Part shown: positions 9,411 to 19,620 of the stretch, one piece after another
Layout: the number at the start of each line of letters is the position of its first letter
Position numbering within the stretch: the first letter of the stretch is position 1
Origin: Mucilaginibacter sp.
GTDB taxonomy: Bacteria; Bacteroidota; Bacteroidia; Sphingobacteriales; Sphingobacteriaceae
Assembly: GCA_025929405.1 (NCBI GenBank)
Contig: JAICMD010000001.1
Coordinates: 1-49,828, forward strand
Direction of reading: 5' to 3'
DNA length: 49,828 nucleotides
Program-made: the position numbers and the translations under genes
Notes under the pieces: model-generated
Database searches by the model: none
What the model was told of the DNA's origin: nothing
Seen by the model: only the letters and a program-made list of their open reading frames with translations

Positions 9411-9627
9411 TATCCCTTTTTAACAACCTTGAAAAGCGCAAAACGCTATACAAAACAATCATTGCACCAAATACTTTGCGCTGCCAGGGCAATAAGTTTA
9501 CGGGCATATCCTGCCAAAACATTACCATGCCGCCTAATGTGCAAAAGCACACAAATAATACGATGCCTAAAATAAGCAAAAACCGCCTTTTGAGCGATTT
9601 TTGCTTATCATTAAAGTTTAATGACAT
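9403..9627 (-). CDS. Small two-TM membrane protein
   Basis: Two hydrophobic helices; fills the gap in the operon and overlaps the next start. Confidence 0.7.
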   Translation of the reverse strand: MSLNFNDKQKSLKRRFLLILGIVLFVCFCTLGGMVMFWQDMPVNLLPWQRKVFGAMIVLYSVLRFSRLLKRDNE

Positions 9628-9636
9628 TATTTAGTT

Positions 9637-10458
9637 TTATTCGTCGCCACTTAGTGTAAACGAGATCGGAATTGTGTACTGCGCACGTACCGGGCGGCCA
9701 TTTTGGATACCTGGTTTCCATTTAGGTGAAGATTTCAACACGCGTGTTGCTTCATCGCCCATGGCTTGCGTAGGTGCACGTACAACTTTAATGTCGGTTA
9801 AGCTACCATCTCTCTCCACAACAAACTGCATTACAGCTTTACCCTGCACGTTATTTTCCCTGTCAGCAGCGGGGTAACGCATGTTTTTTTGCAGATACGC
9901 TATAAACTTATCAGGGCCACCGGGGAAACTTGGTAATACTTCCACAACGTCATACACCTTGTTTACGTCCTCAGTCACCTGTTTTACATCAGAGTTACCT
10001 ACCGGTTCATCAATCTTGATGTCGGCATTAGGGTCGCCCTTAATGTCTTTTTGTCCAGGGTCGGCTACCTTTAATTCCTGTACGGTAGGTGGTTCTTCTT
10101 TCACCTCATTATCCGGTTTTACAATCGGCGGAGGGAACTTTACCTGGTCAACCTTTGGTTTTGGAGGCTCCTGCGGCGGCGGAATTTCTTCTTTCTTTTT
10201 TTCAGCAGGCGGCGGTGTTAATACCACCTCTGAAATTTTCACCTTCTCAGGTGCCTTAGGAATAAGACCCTCAATTTTATTGATAATTGTTTTTAACGAT
10301 ATTACAAATACAAAGAAGATAATACCAATTAACAAAGCACGGTTAGTATTCTTTGGGTTGGTTCTTCTTAATTCGTATGCGCCATAATTTTTGTTACGGC
10401 CGGTAAAAACAACGTCGATCCATTCCTGCTTTAAAATGTCTAATTTAGATCCGAGCAT
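9637..10458 (-). CDS. tonB: Energy transducer TonB
   Basis: RNKNYGAYELRR N-terminus, TM, Pro-rich linker, TonB_C (PSFPGG, FVVERDGSL, KWKPGIQNGRPVR). Confidence 0.93.
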   Translation of the reverse strand: MLGSKLDILKQEWIDVVFTGRNKNYGAYELRRTNPKNTNRALLIGIIFFVFVISLKTIINKIEGLIPKAPEKVKISEVVLTPPPAEKKKEEIPPPQEPPKPKVDQVKFPPPIVKPDNEVKEEPPTVQELKVADPGQKDIKGDPNADIKIDEPVGNSDVKQVTEDVNKVYDVVEVLPSFPGGPDKFIAYLQKNMRYPAADRENNVQGKAVMQFVVERDGSLTDIKVVRAPTQAMGDEATRVLKSSPKWKPGIQNGRPVRAQYTIPISFTLSGDE

Positions 10459-10493
10459 TATTTTAAGCTTTAATTTTTTACGTAATTTTTATT

Positions 10494-11027
10494 TTAATAT
10501 ATCCCGTCTCTTTTTAACAAGTCGATCTCAACCGGGGTAATATCAACTATTGCACGTTTTTTATTACCAGTAATATTCAATTCATCCATAACAGTTACCA
10601 TGTTATCATAGTTTGATTTATCACTTGGCTTAACAATCACCATCATATCTTCGCCATAAGTGGCTTTAATTTTTTGGGCCTGTTCAAATAACGTTTTACG
10701 GATACCGTTTTTACCATAACCTTCTTTTGTAGGGGGGGTTTTACCCGGAATCCCTACAAACCATTCTAATTGGTTATTTGAACCTAACAGGATAGTCATA
10801 GTTGTTGATTCCTTTACAGGCAATTGGTCTTTAGTCTTTTCATCCTTATCCGGCATTGCCAAATCCATTGCTTTTGGTTTTTGCAGTGTAGTGGTAAAGA
10901 TAAAAAAGGTAATCAGCAGGAAAGCAAGGTCAACCATGGCTGTTAAATCCACACGGGTTGACTTTTTCTTGGTTCTAACCTTACCGCTGCCTTTTTTACC
11001 CCCGCCGGAGGTGTCTAATTCTGCCAT
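10494..11027 (-). CDS. exbD: ExbD/TolR family protein
   Basis: RVDLTAMVDLAFLLITFFIFTT. Confidence 0.93.
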   Translation of the reverse strand: MAELDTSGGGKKGSGKVRTKKKSTRVDLTAMVDLAFLLITFFIFTTTLQKPKAMDLAMPDKDEKTKDQLPVKESTTMTILLGSNNQLEWFVGIPGKTPPTKEGYGKNGIRKTLFEQAQKIKATYGEDMMVIVKPSDKSNYDNMVTVMDELNITGNKKRAIVDITPVEIDLLKRDGIY

Positions 11028-11033
11028 AATTTT

Positions 11034-11648
11034 TTATTTTGAAACCGTTTTTAGGTTTGTAATTAAATTAAACTTATTAATTTTTTGCTTTTGCAAGGTG
11101 GCTATTACTTTTTTAATAGTAGGGTATTGCTCCTTGCTATCACCTTTAATGGCTATTTGCAAATCTTTTCCATGCAAACCTACATTGGCTTTACGGGCCG
11201 AACGTACCCAATCAGAAAGCTCGCTGTTATCAGTTGTATCAACCGGTATACCAGGCTGTTGATAAGCCAGCTTTTGATCGTTTGATAAAGCAAGAAACTG
11301 TTTCAGCATGGCAACAGGCACACCAAATGATTCTGTACCTGCAAATACCTGTTGCTCCTGCGGAGTGAAGTTAATGTGATATTTATCACCCATTTGCTTT
11401 AAGGTTTCAACACGCACATCTGCACCCTGTACGTTAAAGAAAGTTTTTCCCTGTGCTACAGTAAGGGTTGAAAAATCAGTTTCAGGTATGGCAAACGTTG
11501 CTATTGAAGCGGGCACATCGGCATGAACTGGCTCCTGTGTTTTAGGCTTTGCTGATAATATGAAGAAGGTAAGCAGCAGGAATGCCACGTCGCACATGGC
11601 GGTCATGTCAATTGCTGTACTCTTTCTTGCAACTTTTACTCTAGGCAT
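11034..11648 (-). CDS. exbD: ExbD/TolR family protein
   Basis: IDMTAMCDVAFLLLTFFIL; IAIKGD..QYPTIKKVI. Confidence 0.93.
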   Translation of the reverse strand: MPRVKVARKSTAIDMTAMCDVAFLLLTFFILSAKPKTQEPVHADVPASIATFAIPETDFSTLTVAQGKTFFNVQGADVRVETLKQMGDKYHINFTPQEQQVFAGTESFGVPVAMLKQFLALSNDQKLAYQQPGIPVDTTDNSELSDWVRSARKANVGLHGKDLQIAIKGDSKEQYPTIKKVIATLQKQKINKFNLITNLKTVSK

Positions 11649-11736
11649 AATTGTTTATTTTAAAATTATTAGTGTTATTAAAAATTTATTAAGCCCCGGC
11701 CCCGTTATTGACGAAGCCGGGTATTAACACTAAAAT

Positions 11737-12579
11737 TTATTTGTTTTTGTGTGACGCAGCAAACGTTTGTACAATGCTGAAACCGGTTTCGTCAATAGCA
11801 TAAGTTAAGCTATCAATTTTTGAAGTAAACACGTTGTACATAACAATTGAAGAAGCTGAGGTAAAGATACCTAACGCGGTGTTAACCAAAGCTTCAGAGA
11901 TAGCTGATGATAATTTTGATGTATTAGTTGCAGCACCTGATAACTCGGCGAAGGCCTTGATCATACCGATTACTGTACCTAACAAACCGGTTAACGTACC
12001 GATAGATACAAGCGTAGCTATGATAGTTAAGTTTTGCTCTAACATAGGCATTTCTAAAGCGGTAGCTTCTTCAATATCTTTCTGGATAGCAAGGGTTTTC
12101 TGATCAACGTCTAAAGTTGCCTCGTTTTCCATTTCTTTATATTTTTTCAAACCTGCTTTGATCACGTTAGCAACAGAACCTTTTTGTTTGTCGCATTCAG
12201 CAGCAGCAGCATCAATATTGCCTGCGCTTAATGAGCCTTGTACTTTTCTAACAAATGCATCAACACTTGAAGTACCAGATGCTTTACCGATAACGATAAA
12301 CCTTTCGATAGAGAATACAATTACCATTAATACGTATGACATTACCAATGGTACTAATACACCACCTTTGTATACAGTTCCAAATATATCGCCATCAGCC
12401 GGATCGCCATGATTGTCGCCGCCTTTAAAGTGGCTTGGATCACCTAATATAAATATGTATATTAAAATTGCCACCGTAAGACACAATGGAATTGTTAATG
12501 TTGCAAACAAGCTTGAACCTGAGCCTGAGCTTTCTTTTTTAGCAGCAGTAGTAGTTGTTTTTGTTGGTGCGGTTGCCAT
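11737..12579 (-). CDS. exbB: MotA/TolQ/ExbB proton channel protein
   Basis: IGTLTGLLGTVIGMIKAF, AISEALVNTALGI. Confidence 0.94.
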   Translation of the reverse strand: MATAPTKTTTTAAKKESSGSGSSLFATLTIPLCLTVAILIYIFILGDPSHFKGGDNHGDPADGDIFGTVYKGGVLVPLVMSYVLMVIVFSIERFIVIGKASGTSSVDAFVRKVQGSLSAGNIDAAAAECDKQKGSVANVIKAGLKKYKEMENEATLDVDQKTLAIQKDIEEATALEMPMLEQNLTIIATLVSIGTLTGLLGTVIGMIKAFAELSGAATNTSKLSSAISEALVNTALGIFTSASSIVMYNVFTSKIDSLTYAIDETGFSIVQTFAASHKNK

Positions 12580-13005
12580 TACTTTAAATTTTAGTTTTAG
12601 TTTTTGTTTATTATTAGTTAGTTAATTGCGCATTTTTTTTGCGGGATAACAAAATTAGAATTAAAATGAAATAAAAAAATTTTTTTCAATATTAATTCGC
12701 TTCGGTTTATTTATTGGCAATCGTGTGTGTTTTTGTAAATTTACTAACGCACCGATACTAAAAATCGTCTGTTATCCCGAACAATTTTTTACAATAAAAC
12801 TTATTATTTTTTTAAATAACAAGCTTGGGTGTATAAAATTTATGTAATTATACTGTTATAATTGTAACAATTGATATTTTTTTGGTCTAAAACATTGATG
12901 TTTTAGATTTTAAAATTACACTTGTTTAATTATACAGAAAATTATTGGCTATTTTTAATAATTATCAGGAATCAATAAAAAATCTAAAAAATACTAATTT
13001 TTTAG

Positions 13006-13344
13006 TTAACCACCTGATTTTTTAGTTTTAAATCCATCGGTTTGAAGTATCGCCGATATTTTATCTCTAAAATCGCCCTGTATCAAAATCTCGCCATCCT
13101 TAGCAGAACCACCCACGCCGCATTTTGATTTTAATTTTTTGCTTATTTCTTCAAGATCATTAGTTGTACCTATAAAACCTGTAATACGTGTTACTAATTT
13201 GCCCCCGCCTTTTCTGTCCAGATGTATTTTCAGGTTTTGCTGTTGCGGAGGTAAAGTTTCTATATTATCATTATCCTCGCGGTATTCAAAATCCGGATCA
13301 GTAGAATAAACTACACCAGTATAGTTCTTATTTTTTTTAGACAT
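13006..13344 (-). CDS. SUI1/YciH family translation factor
   Basis: [35 protein letters not shown]. Confidence 0.93.
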   Translation of the reverse strand: MSKKNKNYTGVVYSTDPDFEYREDNDNIETLPPQQQNLKIHLDRKGGGKLVTRITGFIGTTNDLEEISKKLKSKCGVGGSAKDGEILIQGDFRDKISAILQTDGFKTKKSGG

Positions 13345-14257
13345 GGTTGGTAAGTTTATACTTAGGCCCTACAATAACCCTTAACGATTGAGGTACAATA
13401 TTTATTTTAATATCAGTGCCATTAATTTGCGGTTCGCCATCAAGGTGTATAGGGCCAGGGGTATTACGACTAATATTAACTTGTTTTCCCTGTATTATTT
13501 CAACATACTTTGACTTATCAGCAGTTTTAAATAGCATCCGCAGACACATTTCGGGGAAACGATACAGTGGGAACGGCTTTATCATACACACATCTATCAA
13601 ACCATCCTGCACTGAAGCGTGCGGCGATACATGTGCGTTATTGCCATATTGGGATGAGTTGGCCAAACTCAGCATAAACAGATTGCGGTTATACGTAACA
13701 CTATCTATGTTTATTATATAGGGCTGGGGCTTATAAGTAAGCACTTCCTTAATAGAAGATTTTGCGTAACTTATAAAACCGCGCTTTTTGTTATGCGAAA
13801 ACAACTCGCTGATGTGCGCATCAAAACCCATACCTGCCATATTGAAAAAAGGTTGCCCATTAGCTTCGGCAGAATCAATAATTTCAAAATGGCCGTTATT
13901 AAGGTTTTTTATCGCCGCACTTATATCCATAGGTATATTTAGAAACCTCGACAAGCCGTTTCCTGATCCGCACGGCACTATACCTAATAAGGTATCAGTA
14001 CCCACCAGAGCCGATGCTACTTCATTTACAGTACCATCCCCACCTACCGCAGCAATAATATTATATTTTTCAACGGCTTCAAGGGTAAGCTGGCGCGCAT
14101 GTGCTACGCTGTTTGTAAAAACAATGGTATATTCAAAAATACTGGTATCAAGGTGCCGTTCAATCAACTCCGGTACATCATCCTTCTTTTTTCCTCCCGA
14201 TACCGGGTTAACAATAAATAACGCCTTTTTTTTCAACCTAAATATTATAAGCGGCAA
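13337..14257 (-). CDS. Diacylglycerol kinase family lipid kinase (YegS/BmrU-like); start codon uncertain
   Basis: [38 protein letters not shown]. Confidence 0.92.
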   Translation of the reverse strand: MPLIIFRLKKKALFIVNPVSGGKKKDDVPELIERHLDTSIFEYTIVFTNSVAHARQLTLEAVEKYNIIAAVGGDGTVNEVASALVGTDTLLGIVPCGSGNGLSRFLNIPMDISAAIKNLNNGHFEIIDSAEANGQPFFNMAGMGFDAHISELFSHNKKRGFISYAKSSIKEVLTYKPQPYIINIDSVTYNRNLFMLSLANSSQYGNNAHVSPHASVQDGLIDVCMIKPFPLYRFPEMCLRMLFKTADKSKYVEIIQGKQVNISRNTPGPIHLDGEPQINGTDIKINIVPQSLRVIVGPKYKLTNHV

Positions 14258-14306
14258 AAGTAAATGTATTTTCGCTTTTGTAAAAATTGTTTTATTTTTG
14301 GCCGAA

Positions 14307-14385
14307 AGTGGATTGATTTAGTTGCCCGTAGCTAATATCTTACATATCGGGCCGGATTGCAACCACGTAAAAAAGTGCTAAAACC
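14307..14385 (+). ncRNA. SAM-II-class riboswitch (long-loop variant)
   Basis: GUGGAUUGAUUU...CCGGAUUGCAACCAC...AAAAAAGUGCUAAAA matches the SAM-II pattern (UGAUUU / CCG-UUGC / GCUAAA) with an inserted gcccg...cgggc helix; lies in the metK 5' leader. Confidence 0.8.
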
Positions 14386-14448
14386 ATACTTCTTTACTGT
14401 GTTCAGGTAAATCCTTCCTATTTATTTTATATATTAAAAATAAAAAAT

Positions 14449-15699
14449 ATGCCTTATTTATTTACGTCCGAATCAGTGTCAGAAGGGCACCCGGATAAAG
14501 TTTCTGACCAGATATCAGATGCCTTAATTGATAATTTTTTAGCCTTTGACCCTGAATCAAAAGTAGCCTGCGAAACCCTGGTGACTACCGGCCAGGTATT
14601 TTTAGCCGGCGAAGTAAAATCAAAAGCTTATTTGGATGTACAAAAAATTGCCCGTGATGTGATCAAAAAAATTGGTTATACCAATGGCGAGTATATGTTT
14701 GATTGCCACTCATGCAGCGTACTTTCTGCCATACATGAGCAATCGCCCGATATTAACCAGGGTGTTGAGCGTAAGGCTAAAGAAGAGCAAGGAGCCGGCG
14801 ACCAGGGTATGATGTTTGGCTATGCCACCATTGAAACTGACAACTACATGCCATTGGCATTGGATATTGCACATGCTTTATTGTTGGAGCTTGCAGCTAT
14901 CCGCCGCGAAAATACCGATATTAAGTACTTGCGCCCTGATGCAAAATCGCAGGTTACGTTGGAGTATGATGACAATAACCAGCCGGTACGTATTGATGCT
15001 ATCGTAATTTCTACTCAGCATGATGATTTTGATGAAGAAAGAGCCATGCTTGACAAAATCAGCAAAGACATCATCAGCGTGTTAATACCACGTGTTAAAG
15101 CAAAATATCCAAAATATGCTCACTTTTTTAATGATGATATTAAATATCACATTAACCCAACCGGCAAATTTGTTATTGGCGGGCCGCATGGCGACACCGG
15201 CTTAACCGGTCGTAAAATTATTGTTGATACTTATGGCGGTAAAGGTGCACATGGTGGCGGCGCATTTTCAGGCAAAGATCCTTCAAAAGTTGACCGTTCT
15301 GCAGCTTATGCTACCCGCCACGTTGCTAAAAACCTGGTTGCTGCCGGTGTTTGCAGCGAAGTATTGGTACAGGTAAGTTATGCTATTGGTGTTGCGCAAC
15401 CTATGGGCATTTATATTAATACTTATGGTACAGGCAAGGTTGGTTTAACCGACGGAGAAATTGCTAAAAAAGTGGAAAGTATTTTTAACATGACTCCTTA
15501 TGCAATTGAAACCCGTTTTAAACTGCGTAATCCTATTTATAGCGAAACTGCGGCTTATGGTCACTTTGGCAAACCAAGCACTACCGTTAAAAAACAGTTT
15601 ATAGCTCATGATGGCAGCGTGCTTGAAAGAGAGGTTGAATTGTTTACCTGGGAAAAACTAGATTACGTTGATAAAGTAAAACAAGCTTTTGGATTATAA
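14449..15699 (+). CDS. metK: S-adenosylmethionine synthetase
   Basis: [38 protein letters not shown]. Confidence 0.99.
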   Translation: MPYLFTSESVSEGHPDKVSDQISDALIDNFLAFDPESKVACETLVTTGQVFLAGEVKSKAYLDVQKIARDVIKKIGYTNGEYMFDCHSCSVLSAIHEQSPDINQGVERKAKEEQGAGDQGMMFGYATIETDNYMPLALDIAHALLLELAAIRRENTDIKYLRPDAKSQVTLEYDDNNQPVRIDAIVISTQHDDFDEERAMLDKISKDIISVLIPRVKAKYPKYAHFFNDDIKYHINPTGKFVIGGPHGDTGLTGRKIIVDTYGGKGAHGGGAFSGKDPSKVDRSAAYATRHVAKNLVAAGVCSEVLVQVSYAIGVAQPMGIYINTYGTGKVGLTDGEIAKKVESIFNMTPYAIETRFKLRNPIYSETAAYGHFGKPSTTVKKQFIAHDGSVLEREVELFTWEKLDYVDKVKQAFGL

Positions 15700-15725
15700 T
15701 GCCATAATCAAAAATAACTAACTTT

Positions 15726-15757
15726 GAAGGGCGATGAATATTCATCGCCCTTTTTTA
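15726..15757 (+). terminator. Rho-independent terminator after metK
   Basis: aagggcgatgaa-ta-ttcatcgccctt followed by a T tract. Confidence 0.8.
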
Positions 15758-15769
15758 TTACAGTATCTT

Positions 15770-16273
15770 ATGAAAAAACTATTTGTTTTATTATTTATAT
15801 ACGGTGTAACAGCATCTACGCTTGTCAAGGCCGATGCATCTACCGGCGACTTTAATAATGTTGTAAAAACATACCTCGACGTTAAGAATGCATTGGTAAG
15901 TGGCAATGCAACTACAGCTAAAACCGCAGCCGCAAATATGCTGACGGCTATAAACGCAGTAACCGATAAAAGCATTGATGCAGCACAATATAAAACATGG
16001 CTTAACTATGCAGATAAATTAAGCTTTGATGCACGCCATATCAGTGAAAGTGATGACATCAATCATCAGCGCGAGCATTTTGCCAGCTTATCAACCAATA
16101 TACTGGATGTATTAAAAGTGCTTAAATCAAATACATTTACTTTATATAAGCAATATTGCCCCATGAAGAAAAAGTATTGGTTAAGCGAAACCGCCGCCGT
16201 TAAAAACCCTTATTATGGTAGTAAAATGATGACCTGTGGTGAAACAAAAGAAACATTAGCGGCAGTTAAATAA
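15770..16273 (+). CDS. DUF3347 domain secreted metal-binding protein
   Basis: Signal peptide from ATG 15770; YLDVKNALV, HQREHFASLS, YCPM..KYWLS..VKNPYYGSKMMTCG. Confidence 0.85.
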   Translation: MKKLFVLLFIYGVTASTLVKADASTGDFNNVVKTYLDVKNALVSGNATTAKTAAANMLTAINAVTDKSIDAAQYKTWLNYADKLSFDARHISESDDINHQREHFASLSTNILDVLKVLKSNTFTLYKQYCPMKKKYWLSETAAVKNPYYGSKMMTCGETKETLAAVK

Positions 16274-16276
16274 TAT

Positions 16277-16846
16277 ATGGGCAAAAAACACGAAGAAGAA
16301 AACCCCTGGCAAATTACTGCCCAAAAGGAAATTTATGATAACCCCTGGATAAACTTAACCGAATACCAGGTTATTAACCCTGCCGGTAAGCCGGGTATTT
16401 ATGGTAAGGTGCATTATAAAAACTATGCCATAGGTATTGTGCCGCTTGATGAGGATGTGAACACTTATCTGGTGGGCCAGTATCGTTTTGCAACGGGTAG
16501 CTATAGCTGGGAATTGCCCGAAGGTGGCGGACCATTGGATATCGATCCGCTTGAATCGGCAAAGCGCGAGTTGCTGGAGGAAACAGGTTTAAAAGCCAGC
16601 AATTGGACAGTATTACAAAACATGCATTTAAGTAACTCGGTAACTGATGAATTTAACATTATTTATCTGGCACGTGGGTTACAACAATTTGAAGCCGAAC
16701 CTGAAGATACAGAACAACTGGTAATACGTAAAATGCCTTTTGAAGAAGCCTACCAAATGGTTTGCAACAACCAGATAACTGATGCCATAAGTGTGGTAGC
16801 TATATTACGGGTTAAGCTATTATTGATAGAAAACCAATTAGTTTAA
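16277..16846 (+). CDS. NUDIX hydrolase
   Basis: WELPEGGG...AKRELLEETGL Nudix box. Confidence 0.92.
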   Translation: MGKKHEEENPWQITAQKEIYDNPWINLTEYQVINPAGKPGIYGKVHYKNYAIGIVPLDEDVNTYLVGQYRFATGSYSWELPEGGGPLDIDPLESAKRELLEETGLKASNWTVLQNMHLSNSVTDEFNIIYLARGLQQFEAEPEDTEQLVIRKMPFEEAYQMVCNNQITDAISVVAILRVKLLLIENQLV

Positions 16847-16877
16847 TACTTAATAATTTTTATTTTTAGCCAATTAT

Positions 16878-17615
16878 ATGAAGAAGTTTCTTGGCTATTT
16901 CCTGTCGCCTGTAGCTATTGTGGCATTTATACTAATACTTTGTATATTTCAGCCTATACAATGGTTATCCTATAATTTAGGTGGTTATAAAGCGCATAAA
17001 AGATCGGTTGATGTGCTCGACTTTTTTTTAACCGGTACGGCTTATTTGCTATTTAACCCAATAATTTTTATTAATCATCAAAACCTGCCGGTTGGTCGCT
17101 CAATAATTTTTATAGCCAATCACCAAAGCTTGTTTGATATACCACCGATGATATGGTTTTTGCGAAAATATCATGCTAAGTTTATTTCGAAGGTTGAACT
17201 TACCAAGGGCATACCATCCATATCCTATAATTTAAAACATGGCGGCGGTGCTAATATTAACCGTAAAGATCCGCGCCAATCCATAACCGAACTGATAAAA
17301 TTTGCCGAAAGGATGAGGGATAACAAATGGTCGGCGGTAATTTTTCCCGAAGGTACACGTTCAGCTACAGGCAAAGTAAAACCATTTCAGTCTGCAGGTA
17401 TCGCCACCATTTTAAAAAAATGCCCTGATGCACTTATCGTGCCTATCGCCATAAAAGATTCGTGGAAGATGATACAATACGGCCTTTACCCCATGAATAC
17501 CTTTACACCCATTACCTGGGAAGTGCTGGAACCTATCGAACCCACAGTTGGAACACCTGATGAAATAGTTTTATTAGCCGAAAAAAGGATAAAAGAGAAG
17601 TTGGGACAGGCGTAA
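16878..17615 (+). CDS. Lysophospholipid acyltransferase (PlsC family)
   Basis: NHQSLFD (HxxxxD), IFPEGTRS, IVPIAI. Confidence 0.93.
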   Translation: MKKFLGYFLSPVAIVAFILILCIFQPIQWLSYNLGGYKAHKRSVDVLDFFLTGTAYLLFNPIIFINHQNLPVGRSIIFIANHQSLFDIPPMIWFLRKYHAKFISKVELTKGIPSISYNLKHGGGANINRKDPRQSITELIKFAERMRDNKWSAVIFPEGTRSATGKVKPFQSAGIATILKKCPDALIVPIAIKDSWKMIQYGLYPMNTFTPITWEVLEPIEPTVGTPDEIVLLAEKRIKEKLGQA

Positions 17616-17637
17616 TTATTTCGCCACTAAATAGAAT

Positions 17638-17677
17638 AAGACAAAAAGCCTTACAATATTGTAAGGCTTTTTGTCTT
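17638..17677. terminator. Perfect 40-bp palindrome, bidirectional terminator
   Basis: aagacaaaaagccttacaat|attgtaaggctttttgtctt; sits directly 3' of the tRNA remnant on the minus strand. Confidence 0.85.
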
Positions 17678-17679
17678 TA

Positions 17680-17702
17680 GCGGAATGGACGGGACCGCGA
17701 CC
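17680..17702 (-). other. tRNA 3'-end remnant (probably tRNA-Asp); att junction of the integrated element
   Basis: Minus strand reads GGTCGCG-GTCCCGTCCATTCCGC, matching a tRNA-Asp-type 3' end (GGTCGCGGGTTCGAGTCCCGTCCATTCCGC) lacking the T-loop segment; no 5' half of the tRNA is present. Confidence 0.72.
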
Positions 17703-17976
17703 ATTCTTGTAAGGGATTATCTTACAGACATTTATATTTTTGAATACCTATTAGTCACCGTGGAGGTCACGGATTAACTATAAGGGATTTTGAGACGATT
17801 TAAAGAACTTTTCTTAAGTCAAAGATACGATTTTGACCCGAACTTTCGGTCATAAAAGCAAACTTTATCTCTATGATTTATATAGAAAAGAAAAAGTGAG
17901 AGGCCAGCCAAATTCTTGCAGTCCTTGCGAAACGAGAACAGTGGTAGATATTACTGATATTGCAGCATGCTCAGTT

Positions 17977-18040
17977 AAATCTATAAATGCAGAATTGTAT
18001 AAATACAGATTTATGTATTTGTAGATTTATGTAAATAAAC
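17977..18040. repeat. 8-bp periodic repeat array 1 (parS/centromere-like)
   Basis: aaatctat aaatgcag aattgtat aaatacag atttatgt atttgtag atttatgt aaataaac. Confidence 0.6.
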
Positions 18041-18056
18041 AGTGGAGCATTTAATA

Positions 18057-18839
18057 TCATTGGGTAAGACGCCTAAATTCGACAGAATATTTAGTGGCTT
18101 GAGCTGGGTCCATTTCAACGGTGACATTTTCATCATTTCTAAATTCTGCATTATCGCTCCAATTGTACGAACCTGTTATCACAACTTGATTATCAACAAC
18201 ACAAAATTTATTATGCATTAGGCCACCTCGTTGACCGCGTTTAATTAAGAAATGTGGTAACTTCGAGATTTCAACGCCATGTTTTTTGTTGATACCATCG
18301 TCAAAAATGGCAATTTGAACATCGATGCCTTCCTTTGCTTTTTCCAGCAACTTATTGAATAAGGTTTCATTCGTGAACCAGGCCATCACAACTCTAATGG
18401 AAACCTGAGCAAGATCTAATGCCGCAAGAATTTTATTTTGTATGTCTTGGAAATGTGCTTCATTTACTACAGGCCGTCTATTATCTACAATTCCGCCCTG
18501 AATTACGTAGTCATGATTACTTTTAATGATACCGTATTTTTCAGGATTCAAAATGCCATTTAGTTCACCTAAAATAACATCAGATTTTTCAAGCGTATTA
18601 AATACGTTGGTTAAGATTTCTCTAAGATCGTTCTTTTCGGACATCAAATTAAGGTGATGTTCAATATATTGGGTTTTGGATGGACGTTGACCATTCTTTT
18701 TACCGATATCCGGTAATCCTAAATCATCATATTTATCTCGAAACCCATACTTATTAAAAATGGTTACGAGTTCTTTCCCAGTCCGACCGTTAATGAAATA
18801 CTTAACAAGTTGCTCTATCGCATAAGGTGAAATTTTCAT
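18057..18839 (-). CDS. Phospholipase D-like (single HKD) nuclease with extra N-terminal domain
   Basis: MHNKFCVVD...ITGSYNWSDNAEFRNDEN; SIRVVMAWFT; N-terminal ~120 aa RTGKELVTIFNKYGFRDKY. Confidence 0.85.
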   Translation of the reverse strand: MKISPYAIEQLVKYFINGRTGKELVTIFNKYGFRDKYDDLGLPDIGKKNGQRPSKTQYIEHHLNLMSEKNDLREILTNVFNTLEKSDVILGELNGILNPEKYGIIKSNHDYVIQGGIVDNRRPVVNEAHFQDIQNKILAALDLAQVSIRVVMAWFTNETLFNKLLEKAKEGIDVQIAIFDDGINKKHGVEISKLPHFLIKRGQRGGLMHNKFCVVDNQVVITGSYNWSDNAEFRNDENVTVEMDPAQATKYSVEFRRLTQ

Positions 18840-18946
18840 TTGTTGAAAGTTATACAGAAACTAATAAAAATTAATTGCCAATATAAAAATATCACCTCCG
18901 ACTCGGATTTACTCGGAGTCATTTATTTTCCCTTCATCCCACTTTT

Positions 18947-19014
18947 GCCTATGTAATTCTACAATTACAGAATTGAAGAATTATGTATTTACAAACTTTT
19001 AGAAATATGTAATT
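18947..19014. repeat. 8-bp periodic repeat array 2 overlapping the parA promoter region
   Basis: aattctac aattacag aattgaag aattatgt atttacaa acttttag aaatatgt up to the parA ATG. Confidence 0.6.
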
Positions 19015-19620
19015 ATGGCAAAGATCATCACCATCGCCCATCAAAAAGGTGGCGTAGGAAAAAGCACATTGGCCTTGAACCTGGCTTTATGCTTTCAAGA
19101 CCAATTGAGTGTCGCATTAGTGGATTCGGATTTACAGGGCAGCTTATATCATGCACGAGAGGATTTCCCCGACCTTGAGATCCTGGCTGCGGAAAAGGTA
19201 AGTGATATCCCAAAATTGGATTATGACCTGATTATAATTGACACGCCCCCTTATCTATCTAATAAACTGACCGACCTGTTTTTGCTATCAGATTTTGTCC
19301 TGGTTCCAACCAAGGCCGGATTCTTCGACGTCATGGCGATCCGAGCAACGTTGACATTGATCAGGTTCGCACAGGCCAAGAAACCTTCATTAAAAGCCGG
19401 GATAGCGCTTAACATGATTAAGTACCGGTCAGGTGTTACAAAGGATGTTTCTGAATTATTGCAGGATATGGGTACGCCGCTTTTAAAGACAATGATTCAC
19501 GACCGGGTAAGCATAACGCGGAGTGCGATCACTGCCGGAATACTATCAGGTTCTGATCTGAAAGCAAAGGAAGAATTTACGTCCCTTGCAGAAGAAGTGG
19601 TGGATTACATAAGTGCATAA
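19015..19620 (+). CDS. parA: ParA family ATPase (short, type Ib-like)
   Basis: HQKGGVGKST deviant Walker A, LVDSDLQGS, IIIDTPP. Confidence 0.93.
   Translation: MAKIITIAHQKGGVGKSTLALNLALCFQDQLSVALVDSDLQGSLYHAREDFPDLEILAAEKVSDIPKLDYDLIIIDTPPYLSNKLTDLFLLSDFVLVPTKAGFFDVMAIRATLTLIRFAQAKKPSLKAGIALNMIKYRSGVTKDVSELLQDMGTPLLKTMIHDRVSITRSAITAGILSGSDLKAKEEFTSLAEEVVDYISA

Noticed and set aside
12580-13005. Long AT-rich intergenic region as a possible sRNA or small gene
   Set aside because: No convincing ORF or stable structure; consistent with the promoter region of the exbB operon.
17680-17702. Intact tRNA gene
   Set aside because: Only the 3' portion is present; no D-arm, anticodon arm or T-loop.
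17833-18024. 63-aa plus-strand ORF near att
   Set aside because: TTG start, runs into the octamer array, no recognisable motif.
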